NCBI RefSeq assembly: GCF_963921235.1
Contig: NC_086108.1
Location: forward strand, 33,854,001 to 33,918,000
Direction of reading: 5' to 3'
Length of the DNA: 64,000 nt
From: Mobula hypostoma
Lineage: Eukaryota
Shown: one piece after another, positions 12,938 through 27,419 of the stretch
Layout: each line of letters starts with the position of its first letter
How positions within the stretch are numbered: the first letter of the stretch is position 1
Notes under the pieces: model-generated
Database searches by the model: none
Told to the model about the DNA's origin: nothing
The model's input: only the letters and a program-made list of their open reading frames with translations
Made by a program: the position numbers and the translations under genes

Positions 12938-15005
12938 AGACCATAAGACACAGGAGCAGAATTGGGCCATTTGGCCCGTCGAGTTTGCTCCGCCATTCAA
13001 TCATGGCTGATCCTTCTTTTCCCCTCCTCAGCCCCACTCCCCAGCCTTCTCCCCGTAATATTTGATGCCGTGTCCAATCAAGAACTTATCAAACTCTGCC
13101 TTAGATACACCCAATGATCTGGCCTCCACAGCTGCCTGTGGTAATAAGTTCCACCAATTCACCAGCCTCTGGCTGAAGGAATTTCTCTGCACCTCTGTTT
13201 TAATTGGACACCCCTCCATCCAGAGGCTGTGCCCTCTTGTCCTAGACTCCCCCACCATGGGAAATATCCTTTCCACATTTACTGATTCCAGGCCTTTCAA
13301 TATTCAGAAGTTTTCAATGAGATACCCCCGCACCCTTCTAAATTCCAGTGAGTGCAGTCCAAGGGCTATCAACTGTTCCTCGTATAATAACCCTTACATT
13401 CCCCTAATCATCCTTGTGAACCTCCTCTGAACCATCTCCAATGCCAGCACATCTTTTCTTAGATGAGGACCCCAAAACTGTTTGCAATACTCAAGGTGAA
13501 GCCTCACCAATGCCTTATAAAGCTTCAGCATCACATCCCTGCTCTTGTATTTTGGACCTCTTGAAATGAATGCTAACATGGCATTTGCCTTCCTCACAAC
13601 TGACTCAACCTGCAAATTAACCTTTAGGTTATTCTGCACAAGGACTCCCAAGTCCCTTTGCATCTCAGACTTTTGGATTTTCTGCCTATTCAGTAAATAG
13701 TCTTCATGAGTGGATGACCATACATTTTCCAACATTGTATTTCATTTGTCACTCACTTGCCCATTCTCCTAATCTGTCTAAGTCCTACTGCAGCCTACCT
13801 CTTTCTTCAACACTACCTGCCTTCATTCAAATCATTGATATACAGCATTAGAAGAAGCGGTCCCAACACCGACTCCAACAGAACACCACTAGTCAATGGC
13901 AGCCAACCGGAAAAGGATCATTTTATTCCCACTCGCTGAATCCTACCAATCAGCCAATGTTCTAACCATGCCAGTAACTTTCCTGTAATACCACAGGCTC
14001 TTAACTTGGTTAGCAGCCTCATGTGTGGCATCCACTGCATCCCATTTATCTATCCTACATGTAATCTCCTCAAAGAATTCCAACTGGCAAGACTTTCCCT
14101 TAAGAAAACCATGTTGACTTTGTCCTGTCTCGTCCTGTGTCACTAAGTACTCCATAACCTCATCCTTAACAATTGACTCCATCTTCCCAACCACTGAGGT
14201 CAGGCTAACTGGTCTATAATTTCCTTTCTGCTGCCTTCCTCCTTTCTTAATGAGTGGAATGACATTTGCAATTTTCCAGTCCTTTGGCACCATGCCAGAG
14301 TCCAATGATTTTTTGAGATATCATTACTAATGCCTCTTCAATCTTTTTCACTATCTCTTTCAGAATCCTAGGGTGCAGTCCATCTGGTCCAGGTGACTTA
14401 TGTACCCTTAGGTCTTTCAGCTTTTTGAGCACCTTCTCCCTTGTAATAGTAACTACACTCATTTCTCTTCCCTCACACCCTTCACATTGCTCGTGTCTTC
14501 CACAGTGAAGACTGATGCAAAATTCTCATTTAGTTCATTTGCCATCTCCTTGGTCCCCATTATTATTTCTCTGGCCTCATTTTCCAATGGTTCTATATCC
14601 ACTCTCATCTCTCTTTATTTTTTTACATACTTGAAAAAGCTTTTACTATCCACTTTGATAATGTTTGCTAACTTGCTTTAATATTTCATCTTTTCCCTCC
14701 TAATGATTCTTTTAGTTTCTCTCTGTAGGGTTTTAAATGTTTCCCAATCCTCTATCTTCCCACTAGTTTTTGCTTTGTTGTACGCGCTCTCTTTTACACG
14801 AGCTTTGACTTCCCTTATCAACCACGGTTATACTATTTTGCCATTTGGGTATGTCTTTTTATTTGGAATACATCTATCCTGCACTTTCCTTATTTTTCCC
14901 AGAAACTCAGGCCATTGCTGCTCAGCTGTCATCCCTGCCAGCAACTCTTTTGAGTCAAATTTGGCCAACCCCTCTCTCATACCACTGTAATTTCCTTTAC
15001 TTAAA
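12938..15005 (-). mobile_element. CR1 LINE ORF2 fragment with 3' end
   Basis: KSPGPDGLHPRILKE, NYRPVSLTSVVGK, QHGF, QRDLGVLV, QRRFTRMI, RTRGHSL motifs and a tcttatgg-type tail. Confidence 0.92.
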
Positions 15006-15009
15006 TGAT

Positions 15010-15655
15010 CCTCCTCGCTGACGATCAACAATGGTGCACCTCAGGGGTGTGTTCTTAGCCCACTGCTCGACTCTCTATATACACATGACTGTGTGGCTAG
15101 GCGTAGCTCAAATACCAACTATAAATTTGCTGATGACACAACCATTGTTGGTAGGATCTCAGGTGGTGACAAGAGGGCGTAAAGGAGTGAGATATGTCAA
15201 CTAGTGGAGTGGTGCCGCAGCAGTAACCTGGCACTCAATGTCAGTAAGACGAAAGAGCTGATTGTGGACTTCAGGAAGGGCAAGATGAAGGATCACATAC
15301 CAATCCTCATAGCGAGCTCAGAAGTGGACAGAGTGAGCAGTTTCAAGTTCCTGGGTGTCAAGATCTCTGAGGATCTAACCTGGTTCCAACGTATGTAGTT
15401 ATAAAGAAGGCAAGACAGTGGCTACAATTCATTAGGAGATTGAAGAGATTTGGCATGTCAACAAATACACTCAAAAACTTCTATAAATGTATCATGGAGA
15501 GCATTCAGACGGGCTGCATCACTGACTGGTATGGGTGGGGGGGGGCAGGGTGCGGGCTACTGCACAGGACCAAAAGAAGCTGCAGAGGGTTGTAAATCTA
15601 GTCAGATCCATCATGGGTACTAGCCTACAAAGTAGCCAGGACATCTTCAGGGACC
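15010..15655 (+). mobile_element. Rex1/Babar RT fragment
   Basis: [38 protein letters not shown]. Confidence 0.88.
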
Positions 15656-17795
15656 AGAGGTCTTGATTAAATTATGGAAATTAGGGGTGACAGGAAGATG
15701 ATATAATTTTTTGCTTTTTTTTTATTTGGACAGTCTATGCAGCTAAGGGTAGGTATATTTGGGTTTCTGAGGGGGGAGAGAGAGGGGGGGGGGGAGAGAG
15801 GGGGGGGAGAGAGGGGGGGGAGAGAGGGGGGAGAGGGGGGGAGAGAGGGGGGGGAGAGAGGGGGGAGAGAGGGGGGAGAGAGGGGGGAGAGAGGGGGGGA
15901 GAGAGGGGGGAGAGAGGGGGGAGAGAGGGGGGGGGAGAGAGGGAGAACCAGACCCTACAAAGTGGTATTTATGGTTTAATATCATGATTAATAACATTTT
16001 CTGAGATGGGTACTGGGGTGGATAAATCACTTTTTGCAGATGATGGAACTTTATGTATCAGAGGTAGGAATTTCAATTTAGCTGTATACAGGAGGCAATT
16101 AGTGATTAATAAGGTTGAACAGTGGGCAATTAGATGGAGTTTTAAGCTTTCAACAGCTAAAACACGTTATGTGTTTTACGAAGAGGATCAACAGACCTGC
16201 ACTTGATTTGAAACTACACAATCAAACTTTTGAAGAAATGTCAGTGGTAAGATTTGATTGCATGTGGCTGGATAATAAGCTGACATGGAAGCACTGTATC
16301 AGTAAAATAATTGATAAAGGGGCATTAAATATCCTTGGGTGTCTATGAAATTATTCTTGGGATGCTACACGAAAATCTCTAACCATTTATATTTGTTTAA
16401 TTAGATCTGTACTTGATTATGGCTGTGTGGCTTATGGATCAGTTTCATCTTCAAATTTAAGATGTTTGGATGTGATGCAAGCACAGGCTTTAAGACTGTG
16501 TTGTGGTGCAGTAAGGTTGTCTCCTATTTCGGCTTTACTGGTTGAAATGGGACAATTGTCCTTGCAGTTATAGAGGCTGAAGTTGATGTTAACATATCAG
16601 ATTAATTTGTGGGGACAGAGAAATGATCACCCAGTTAAAATGTGTTGGAAGACTGCTGGGAACATCGCAAGAATAGGGTTTTTAGTCTTGGGTGGTTGGG
16701 TTCTTATCACGCTAGGAATATGGGTTCGCTGGATTATGCAGTATGTCCCATTGTAGATTTAAGGAAGTCCAAGCATCCTGATATGCCTGAGTCTGTTGGT
16801 TCGTCAATATGTTAGGGAAAATTGCTGTGATATGTTAACCATTTTTTTTACTGATGGATCAAAAGATAATTTAACTGAGAATGTTGGTGTAGCTATGTTT
16901 GTGCCTGAATTACAGGTAATAATAAAGAAATGTCTTACTTCTGCTGTAAATGTCTTATATACAGCAGAATTGGTTACCATTTTTTTGGGCTTACAGAAGG
17001 TGGAGGAAATTTGTCCTTGAAAAGTTGTAAATTGTTCAGATTCTTTTTTTCTTAAATGGGTCATTCTAGCAGTAGGTCAGATTTACTTCTGGAAGCTCTT
17101 CAAAGTTCATTTCATATTCAAAGTATTGGTTTACATGTCCACTGCACATAGAGGGGTTGAGGGGAATGAGTAGTTTAGTTGTTGGGCCAAAAAAGCTGTT
17201 AAAAGTTCAACTGTGAATATAGACCTTCCACTTAGCAAATCAGAAGCTAAGGGATTGATGAGGCTAAGAATTAGGGGATTATACCAAGATATGGGATAAT
17301 GGGCAGGAAGGGAGATACCTTTATAGAATACATAAAACTTGCATTGATGGGAGAAGGGGGGTAAAACAAGAAGGGAAGGAATTGTATTGACTTGAATTAG
17401 TATTGGGCATACTGGGTTTAATTATTCCTTGTTTCTTGTTGGAAACCATCACTCTGGGGTGTGTAGGTTTCGTTTTCATTATGAAACATCTGAACATGTT
17501 CTTTTACAGTGTGAAGCATACAAGGTTGATAGAAAGCAAATGCAGGCTGTGCTATTATCTTTGGGGGTTGACAGTTTTCATTTTAAAAACTTAGTTATGG
17601 AAGTTAATTTAATTCAAAATATTATCTTTCATTATTTACAATCTATAGGGCTTTTGGGGTAACTTGGGTTTTCCTTTGATAAAGGAATAGTAGGGGTTTT
17701 ATTTCACAACTCTCTACACCACACTCCAGCCCAGGTGGTGGTGGTGGTAATGGACCAAGTTGGAAATGTCAACTGCCATTACAAGGCAGAAGAAG
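15656..17795 (+). mobile_element. Nimb/I-group LINE 3' half with RNase H
   Basis: SLFADDG (RT); FTDGSK, YTAEL and GNE (RNase H); C..C...ETSEHVLLQC zinc knuckle; ends in agaagaag. Many stops and frameshifts. Confidence 0.8.
15770..15946 (+). repeat. Pure purine (G5-9 AGAGA)n tract
   Basis: About 175 nt of only G and A, with repeated G-runs separated by AGAGA. Confidence 0.95.
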
Positions 17796-18914
17796 GTGCA
17801 ACTGTATAGTAGAATTTCAACAGACCAAACCAAAATGAAGACAAAATGGCGTTCAAGACAAGTCAAGGAAATTATGATAGAGAAGCACAAATCTGGGTAA
17901 GGGTACAAGACCATTTCAAAGGCACTGAACGCATCTTGGAGCCCAGTGCAGTCCATCATGAAGAAATGGAAAAAATGTGAAAGTACAGCCACACTGCCAC
18001 CCCTCTAAACCTAGTCACCGAAGAAGAGTGTCTCTTGTAAATGAGGCAATGGTGATACCAACAGTCACTCTGAGTGAGCTAAAGTCAGTGGCTGAACTGA
18101 AGATGAAGTTCATCGCTCTACAATCTCAAAGGACTTGCACAAGAGACATTTCTAGAAGAGTGCCAAGGAAGAAACCCTGACCTAAAAAGCAAAATATTGT
18201 CTGTAAAGACTTTGGAAAGTTTCATTAGAAGATGCTGTAAAGATGGGGAAGAAGGTCTTGTGGTCGGATGAGATGAAAGTAGAACTTTCTGGCCTCAACA
18301 CTAAGTGGTACTGCAGCAGGGAGTGGAAACCTGGTCAGGATTGATGGGAAGATGAATGCTGCTAAATACAGGAGATCCTGGATAAAAACCTGCTAGTCTC
18401 TGCCAGAAAGTTTAAACTGGGGAGGAAGTTTGACTTTCAGCAGGGCAACAACCCTAAGCAAACTGCCAGTGGAGTAGCTTCAAGAGAAGAAAATTGATGT
18501 CTTTGAGTGGCCCAGTCAGATTCCTGACCTTAATCTGATCAAACATTTCTGGAAAGACCTTATTACTGCTGTCCATCGCGGCTCCTCAACTAACCTGACA
18601 AAGTAATGGGGAAACCTTGCTCCACCACATTGTGCAAAGCTAACAGTCTTATCCAAACAGACTGCTGGCTGTAATAGCTGCGAGAGATGGTTGAACTAAG
18701 TGCTGAGCAAAGGGGGATGAATAATTTTCAACTGCAGACATTTCAGTTTTTGAACTTTTAGTTTTCACGCTTTACAATTTCTCCTTTTATGGCTCTACTG
18801 TGGGGGGAAAGGGGCATGTGATTCACAATAAAACTCTCAGTTTAATTTATCAATATCTCTGGTTGTAATACACATTTATGTGAACAAAGGGCTGCATACT
18901 TTTTCAAGGCACTA
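17796..18914 (+). mobile_element. Tc1-like DNA transposon remnant
   Basis: GYKTISKAL...VQSIMKKWK (HTH), KVLWSDE, FQQGNNPK, WPSQIPDLNLI motifs. Right end tgcatactttttcaaggcact resembles a Tc1 TIR. Confidence 0.85.
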
Positions 18915-18959
18915 CAAGCAATTTCTATTTTTAAAAGAGTAACTTCCAATCTGACAAGG

Positions 18960-20370
18960 TGTTCCCTCAGACCCTGTAGAAGGCCAGTGCTGAAATTGCA
19001 GGGGTCCTAGCAGAGATACTTAAAACATCCTTGGCCACGGTTGAGGTGCCAGAGGATTGGATAGCTAATGTCGTTCTGCCTTTTTCAGAAAGGCTCGAAG
19101 AATAAACCAAATAATTGTTGGCCAATGAGCCTAACATCAGTAGAGGGAAAGTTATTAGAAAGAAATCCAAGGGACCAGATATACAAGCATTTGGATAGAC
19201 AAGAGACTGATTAGGGATATTCAACATGGCTTCATGCGTGATAGGTCAGATCTAACCAGTCCTATGGAGTTTTTCAAGGACAAGGTAGTGAACTTTGTCT
19301 ACATGGATTTTAGCAAAGCCATGTGGGAGGTTGGTCAAGAAGGTTCAGTTGCTTAGTATTCAAGATGAGATAGTAAATTGGATTAGACATTGGCTTTACA
19401 GGAGAGAGTGGTAGTAGAAGGATGCCCTTGACTCGTGGTGTGCTGAAGGGATTGGTGCTGAGTCTGTTGTGGTTTGTCATCTATATCAATGATCTGAATG
19501 ATTGTGATAAACTGGATCAGCAAATTTTTTAGATGATCCCAAGACTGGTGGTATAGTAGGCAGCAAGGAAGACCATCAAAGCTTTCAGTGGGATCTGGAC
19601 CAACTGGAAAAAAAAAATCACAGATAAAATTTAATGCAGACAAGTGTGAGGTGTTGCACTTTGGGTAGGGCAGGGAGGAGTGCGGTAGAATGAAGGGATA
19701 AGGGAATACAGATCTATAATTCCTTGACAGTGTCATCACAGGTAGACAGGGTCATAAAGAAAGCACACTGGCCTTCATACATCAAAGTCTGACTATGGGA
19801 GTTGGGACATTATATTGAAGTTGTGCAAGATGTTGGTGAAGCCTAATCTGGAGTATTGTCTGCAGTTTTGGTCACCTACGTACAGGAAAGATATCAATAA
19901 GATAGGAAAAAGTACAGAGAAAATTTACAAGGATGTTACCAGGATTTGAGGACATGAGTTATAGGGAAAGGTTGAATAGGTTAACACTTTATTCCCTAAA
20001 ACATAAAAGATTGAGGCGAGATGTGATAGAGTTGTGCAAAATGAGGGATATAGATAGAGTAAATGTAAGCAGACTTTTTCCATTGAAGTTGGGTGAAACT
20101 AAAACTAGAGGTCAAGGGTTAGGGGTAAAAGGTGAAATGTTTAGCAGGTACACAAAGTTGAACTTCAGTTAGAAGGTGGGGAGAGTGTGGAACAAGTTGT
20201 CCAAAGAAGTAGAGGATACAGGTTTGATTTTAACATTTATGAGAAATTTGGACAGTACATCGAGGGCTCGTTTTCAGGTGCAGGTCAATGGAATTGGACA
20301 AATTAATAGTTTGGCACAGACTAGATGTACCAAAGTACCTGCTTCTGTGCTGTAGTGTTTTAAGACTCCT
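18960..20370 (+). mobile_element. Decayed CR1 LINE ORF2/3' end
   Basis: PEDW, QHGF, YMDFSKA, KCEVLHFG, SYRERLNRL motifs. Confidence 0.85.
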
Positions 20371-21172
20371 TACAAATCAAGTACAGAGTCATAAGTCAGG
20401 GCATATCAAAAGATACAATTAGTTAAACTCATAACATTGGCATTTGATTCAACCCATCAAATTCCTCTAGCTTCCAGCTGCTCCAGTCTCATCTCCAAGG
20501 TAATGATTAGGTTAGATCTATACTCACTGAAGTTTAGAGGAATGAAGAGAGATCTTGTGGAAATACATGATCCAAATGGAGACTGACAAATTGGATGTTA
20601 TGATGATATCCACAACAATGGGCAGAGTAGGGGGTCACCATTTACGAAAGATGAAGTGAAATGTCTTCTCTCCCCATGGAGCCGTTGTGGTAGTCACTGA
20701 ATATATACAACGCCAAGACTGAAGGGCATCTCAACTACAAGGGAGTCAAGGGTAAAATGACTTTTCTTTTCTTGAATTGTCAAAGATTATGACATTGTAT
20801 TAGTGGTTGAGGAAAATTTAAAAGTTGCATTTAGTGAGAAGTTAATTGTGGGATTTCTGCTTTCAATATCTGCAATTTCAGATCCAATTCAAACATATGA
20901 TTATGATGAAAACATTCAGCAAAAAATACACACCTTTTTGATGTCAATCATGGACTCTAATTACTATGCAATACCACCTGACATATCTATCGATGCACTT
21001 AATTACCACAGAAATAAGATACAAAAAGACAGAAAGAAATATTTCGTATGGCAACACATTGGCTCCTGAACCAAAGCTATTGGAAATATCCCCCCCCCCA
21101 TTAAAAAAATCCTCTTAGCCTCTTGTTGATAGTGTAAGAAACATTTAAAGTTAATGATAGAGTTGTAATATA

Positions 21173-21623
21173 GAGGATCCTCACAGCAGTCATAGAGTCC
21201 ATTCTCACGTATGGATGCGAGACATGGACACTCACCAAGACTATGTGAAAGTCTCTAGATGGTTGCTATACACGAATCCTCCAGATGGCTCTTGACGTGA
21301 GTTGGCAACAGCACATAATGAACGTTGAACTCTATGACGACCTACCGATATTCACCATTAAAATCGAGGCGAGAAGACTGCAACTAGCGGGGCACTGTCT
21401 ACGCCACCCCAAGCTACCTGCCAGCCTAGTCATCATATGGGAGCCCAAGCATGGGAGGATGAACCCTGGGCGCCCTCCCAAGACTATGGTCAACACGTTC
21501 CTAGAAGACAGCGGCGCGGCTACTGTAGACGAACTGAACACACTGATGAGGGAGAGGGCAAAGTGGAGAGTCGGTCATCGTGCCCGATGCCAGTCCCCTA
21601 GGCCTGAGTCGACGTAGTAGTAA
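21173..21623 (+). mobile_element. 5'-truncated RTEX/RTE-like LINE with TSD
   Basis: ESILTYGCETWTLT...RRLQLAGHCLRH; (TAG)n tail; 9-bp TSD tgtaatata (21164-21172, 21624-21632). Confidence 0.85.
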
Positions 21624-22199
21624 TGTAATATAAATCTTCTTCTTCTGGACCTCTGGAATGGTTAGTACAAGTGGAAAACTTACTTTCTTTACTTCTTGAC
21701 TGTATATTTAATTGTTTCCTTTTGCTCTTTCAGACTATTGAAGTCAATGAGACTAAAACACAAGCAATGGCCAGAAAAATATATAATGGGGAATGTTTGA
21801 CCACTGAGCAATAGGAGCCAGAACATAGAATATACAACAATTAAGTTGCGTTTCATTTTGAAAATGCAGTTGTGCATATCTAGTACTTTTCCGAATTACT
21901 ATAGAAAGGAACACTTCAACTGCTACACTATGCAACAGAACCACCACTCTTAATATATCTGGCAATGTTAACCTAACTTAAAACAAGAAATAAAACTTAT
22001 TCCAAACAAGGTTCATTTAGCTTTAGCTGGATTTCCCAGCAGAATTCTTCTGAGAACAATTCTGCTATTTAGTACAACTACCATGAACAATGAACCTATT
22101 CCTTAATGGAAAGGATAGCCAAGGCAATTAATCATACAAATGGATGCAGGATTTCAGCTTAGAGGGAGTGATTAAGTAATAGCTACAGTTTGTAATCGA

Positions 22200-22820
22200 G
22201 CTTTTTCACATGCAATTTATATTACTTTTATTGAAATAGGAAAGGATTCTTAATATTATAAGACTTGGGGCACAGGATCCATGGAAACTTCACTGCATAG
22301 ATTTTAAATTGGCTTGCCCACATAAGGCAGACAGTAGTAACTGATGGAATGTATTCTGCCTGGAGATCTGGAGATCAGTGACCAGCAGTGTTCCACAGGG
22401 ATCTATTTGGGACCCCAGTATTTTGTGATTTGTATAAATGAATGAAGAAGTAAAAAGGGTGGGTTAGAATGCTTTCAGGTGACATGAAGTTTGGAGGTGT
22501 TGCGAATAGTGTAAAAGGTTAACAAAGGTTTGAACAGACCCCCTTTAGAATAGACAGGATGCCAAGTTGAGTGGAGAAGTAACAACAGATGGCGTTCAAT
22601 CCAGAAAAAAATGTGAAGTGATGAAGTTTGAAAGCTCAAACTTGATGGTGGAGTTTCAAGGAACAGAGGGCTCTTGGGGTCTTAGTAATATTGCAGTTCT
22701 ATAAAACTTTATTAGACCATAGTTGGAGTACTGTGTTCAGTTCTGGTTGCCTCAATATAGGAAAGATGTGGAAACTTTAGAAAGGGTGCAGAGGAGATTT
22801 GGAGAACATGTGTTATGAGC
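22200..22820 (+). mobile_element. Decayed CR1 RT fragment
   Basis: SSVPQGSI, LEYCVQFW, LERVQRRF remnants. Confidence 0.75.
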
Positions 22821-24859
22821 TCACACCTAGAAAGTTGTTGTGCCTAGAAATATCAAATGTGGTAGAATTTATATCAATAGTCATCGAAGAAAATAGCCTA
22901 GATTTTGGAATCAGTAGCAAAATGACATCAGTTCTCCCAGAAATCTCCAGAAAGACCTAATCAATGATGTAAACTTCTCTTTCTGTGATATTGGTTGCTG
23001 TCAAGAATCAGTTCATGGGAACCCTTGGCACCCAGCAACAGTACGTCATCAAGATGAATGAGAACTCATTACAGACAGCAAAACACTAAATAAAAAGCAA
23101 ATTGGCTTATCTTAAATAATTCACAATCCACAAAATAATGATTTGGATACAAGGTGAAGAGGAATGGCCAAAGAAACATGTTAGAATCCACTACATCCTA
23201 CAAGTTTTGTAGGGTCAAAAGGCTTAAAATATCTTTTGCTTCTATTTAAAAACTTCAAAGCCTGTGGAACAAAAGTAATAATTTCATTTTACTTCACAGT
23301 GAGAATAGTTTCAGAAACTTACATTTTTCTCGGGCAGGGAGCTTCAAATGAATATGCCACAGGGAGAAACTTTTGGAACTTAAGGTCTTCTATATTTAAT
23401 TATCCAACTGCACATCCAAGGAGTTGATGCAAACATCAAGTTTTACCATTAATACAATTACAAAATAACACCCTCTGTATGAAAACCTTTCCTTTCAGAA
23501 CCTCTATACATCCTTCCTTTCTCACCATAAACCTATGCCATCTAGCTTTAGACTCGGCTACCCCGATAAGGCCATTGAGCTGAAACCATAACCATTTCTT
23601 TCCGTTATTACCTAATCTGCATAATGTTTTCCTAAGCCTGTGCTCATTGACTGCCTGTTCTCATTTATCAGCCAGGGATACGCCTACTCTCAATAATTCT
23701 GCAACAATAAGAGTGACGTATGAAGTGTGAATGTCGAAGGTAGCACAGAAGAAGTGAAATTAAGTGAAACCAGTGCTTATATATAATATGCTTAGGATGT
23801 TAATTTAAACAAGGTTGCCACAGTTGCCTTCCCTATCCCTTCTGCTCCCTCCCCAAAATAAAGTACATTACTTACAATTGGTGAAGTCCCACTTCCTCTT
23901 CAGGTACCTTCACATCACATTTCATTTGCTAACACTTGTCTGAAGCACTTTGGGATATTTCAAGTGTTATGGAGTCATGGATTCCAGGCAGAGACAGGCT
24001 CTTCAGCCAACCATGGTGCCCAACCAGCTAACCCTTGTTTCCTGCATTTAGTCCATATCCCTTTAAGCCCTGCTCCTCCATGTGTCTATACGAGAGCTTC
24101 TTAAATTATGCCTTTATACCAGCCTCAACTATTCACCCTGGCAGCTTCTTCCAAACACTCACCATCTACGCAAAAAAGTTGCCCCTCAGATCTTTTTTAA
24201 AATCTTCCCCTCTTAATGTAAATCTAGGGCTCTAGCTTTCGCCTCCCCTACCTTGGGGAAAACACAGTTACCATCCACTAAATCTATACCTCATAATATT
24301 AAACATTCCTGTAAAGTCACAGCTTGTTCTCTCATGTCGTTGATGGAGAAAATCAAAATTCTTTTGAATCTGCATAATTAATCAGGATTTCACTGCAGCA
24401 ATTTAATAATGCCTAGATCTATGTTTAAGACAGATTGAAAGTCAGGCAATAGGAACTCGAAACCTGGAACACGAAAGATTTGTACCAAGTCAGGAAGTGT
24501 CTACAGATAGAGAAACAGGCTTCATGTCACAATTTGATAATCTCCCATCTTAAAAATGATTTCTCCATAGACAATGCTTGACCTACTGAATATACTCAGT
24601 ACTTTCTAGCATCTGCATCTGTTTCTTTTAGAATTATATCAAATGTTTCTCTGGTCACTTTCCCACCCAAGTACAATAACTTTCTCCTCAATTTTCTTTT
24701 ACGAAGAATGAAAACTATTAGAACATTAACTCCCAATATTACATACAAGGTATGTCTATTGAAAGATCGCACCGAAAAGTTATGCAACACTATCCCAGGA
24801 TTTACAGTAACTGGTAAAGTGGTCACATTTTGAGTATGGCCTTAAAAGGTAAATTTATT

Positions 24860-25138
24860 TACTTATTGGGTTAGAGTGCGGAATAGGCCCTTCCAGCCAT
24901 TCAAGCCATGCCACCCTGATAATAACCCTAGCCTAATTAATCACAGGATAATACAATGACCAATTAACCTATCAACTGGTATGCCTTTGGACTGTGGGGG
25001 GAAGCCCGAGCACCCAGAGGAAACCCACGCAGTCACAGGGAGAACGTACAAACTCCTTATAGGCAGCAGTGGGAATTGAACCTGGGTCACTAGTAGTGTG
25101 AAGTATTGTGCTAACCACTATGCTACTGTGCTGCCCCA
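24860..25138 (-). mobile_element. HE1-type tRNA-derived SINE
   Basis: Minus-strand A box (TAGCATAGTGG) and B box (GGTTCAATTCC), central GTACGTTCTCCCTGTGACTGCGTGGGTTTCC. Homologous to copies at ~32490 and ~62062. Confidence 0.8.
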
Positions 25139-27419
25139 GTTTATCTCCCAATAGACCAAATTGCTGAATGCAGTTTGCTTTAAGCTCAGCAAAGTTGTGG
25201 GACAGAGGACAGTAGAGACAGAAAGAATGCCCAGAAAATGCTGAGAAAACTGACTGTCTGTTCACCCCATCATGACTTAACCAGCAGTCATTGGTCAAAA
25301 GCAGAATATTCCTGTACTTTCATTCAAGAACTAAAAATATTCAAATAATTAACATTTTTCTTAAATTCATATTCCCAAGTACACCGTAAAACAATTAAAA
25401 ACATCTAAAATAATTCAACATCTAAGCCCTTCCCACTACGTAATCATCTCCTTTCAAATAAATAATGTTCCTGTGCAGGTCTAATCTGCTGCAGATTATT
25501 TATATTTTTTATCACCATTATCCAGTAGGGAAATGTAGCAACTTCTCACTTCACCTCTAAACCAGAAAGTATTCTGTTGGAAAATGCCAGTGTAACTGTA
25601 ACCAGGAATTCTGACATATTGGCACCAATGCAGATTGCCTTAAAATAACAAATTAACTCTTCCACACAGATCATGTATAAAATACAAAGAATTCCTACTA
25701 CAGTATGACTTATGTTCAATTAAAGCATCTACCTGAACAGAATGGCCCAATAAACTATTGAATTATTAAATGATCAGCACACAAAAAAAAGGCTAGTCAG
25801 TAAAGCTCTTTATTGAATAACTTTGATTAAGGTAACTTAACACAACTTGACGATCAGGTAAAGATAACTGCTTTCCTTCTGAAAACAACATCAACGGATC
25901 TATAAACCAAATGGTCACTATATATTATTTGCTATTGCATACTTAAGTAACTGAAATTAAACATTCCCATTGTCATGGCTCATATCTCTAATAACCTTCT
26001 CCAGCAAACATAAAGCTCCATTTAACCCATGGACCTTTAGCAGCTGAGAACACAGCTCAAAGCTACTCCCAGAATGAAGCCTGGTCAGTTTCAATCACAC
26101 TATATTAGGCTTAGTGGATGCTGTGGTAATCAATTTCTCCATGGGTGATCAGGCTCAAGATCACTCCAGATAAAGCTTAAAAGGCCGGGAAATGAACCTA
26201 GGTGACTCATCAGTCAGGGGAAAATCCCTTCCTTTTCTTGCTTTCTCCTATCATGGCATTCTGAGTATATGATTTATCATTTTATTTATCTTCTTCATCA
26301 CTGCTCAAGGCTTTAAGCATTCCTTTGACAAATGGTACACAACTGGATGGCCATTTGAACAATCATTCCAAACTCATGTCCTTCTAGAGTAGTTGCTTCA
26401 ACAATTTTCCAGAACAGATTTTCTTCAAGCCATTTGCAATCTTTCAATGAAAACAATCACATTAGTATCTTGTTCAATCTTTTCAATTTCATCAGCCTTA
26501 CCATTTATCCAATAAGATACTCTTAGGTCCTATTCCTGTAATCATTTGGTTTCCAAGCATTAGAAGTCTGGACCCAAAACATTAGCTTGTATGTGTTTTC
26601 AATTAACAATGATTGGTCTAATCTGTTCCAGGGCATTATGTTTTTATTCTTGATCATGTATTTTGTTTTTACCTCACATCCTCTGTGACAGGTCCTCTCT
26701 TCACTCTCTCCAATATTTGTAAAACTTAGTAAAGAGTGAACACAGCATTTCCAGAGCAAGCTAAGCATTAAATGAAAGCTGTTACTTTGCTGTTCTTGAA
26801 AATTATTATTTGCTTACTTCTGGAAGTGCTTCTTCACAACAAAAATAATGAGCTTATCAATACATTAAGTCAGCTTCAAATCTTAAAGTCATTGTGTTTA
26901 ATATATACAATATTTTAGATTTACTATACAATTTAACTTATTTTATCAATAAAAAAGAGTGGGTTGGGAGAATATTGTATTGAGATGTAGATGATCCCAA
27001 AGTCTCAACGAACTGTGACACTGTAATGCAGTTGGATTGCTGGGGGATATCTTATAGACATGCTGAACTTTCCTGGAGAGACGGTTTGTTATGTATTGGA
27101 GCCCATTTGGTACACCTAGCTTTCATGAAGTGATCCCTAAAATACCAAGTTACTTTTCCTCTAGTGATCAAGTTTTTTTTTAAGCCTTGATCGATTATGC
27201 TTCTATCAGAAAGCAGGAAGTTTCTCATCGTCACAGTGCATTTTAAACATCTGCAACAGGTCACTCAGTTCATTCAGTTGATACCAATTCTCAGGAGTTT
27301 TCACGTTCTCTTACTCATTTTACTTTAACCGATTTTCTCACGTAGCTATCTACACCTGATCTTCCAGACTTCAGTGTGGCAAGCAGCAGCGGCCAGTTAA
27401 CCAGCCAGCACATCTGTGT

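Noticed and set aside
15737..16030. G/E/R-rich and P/S/L-rich ORFs
   Set aside because: Translations of the purine repeat.
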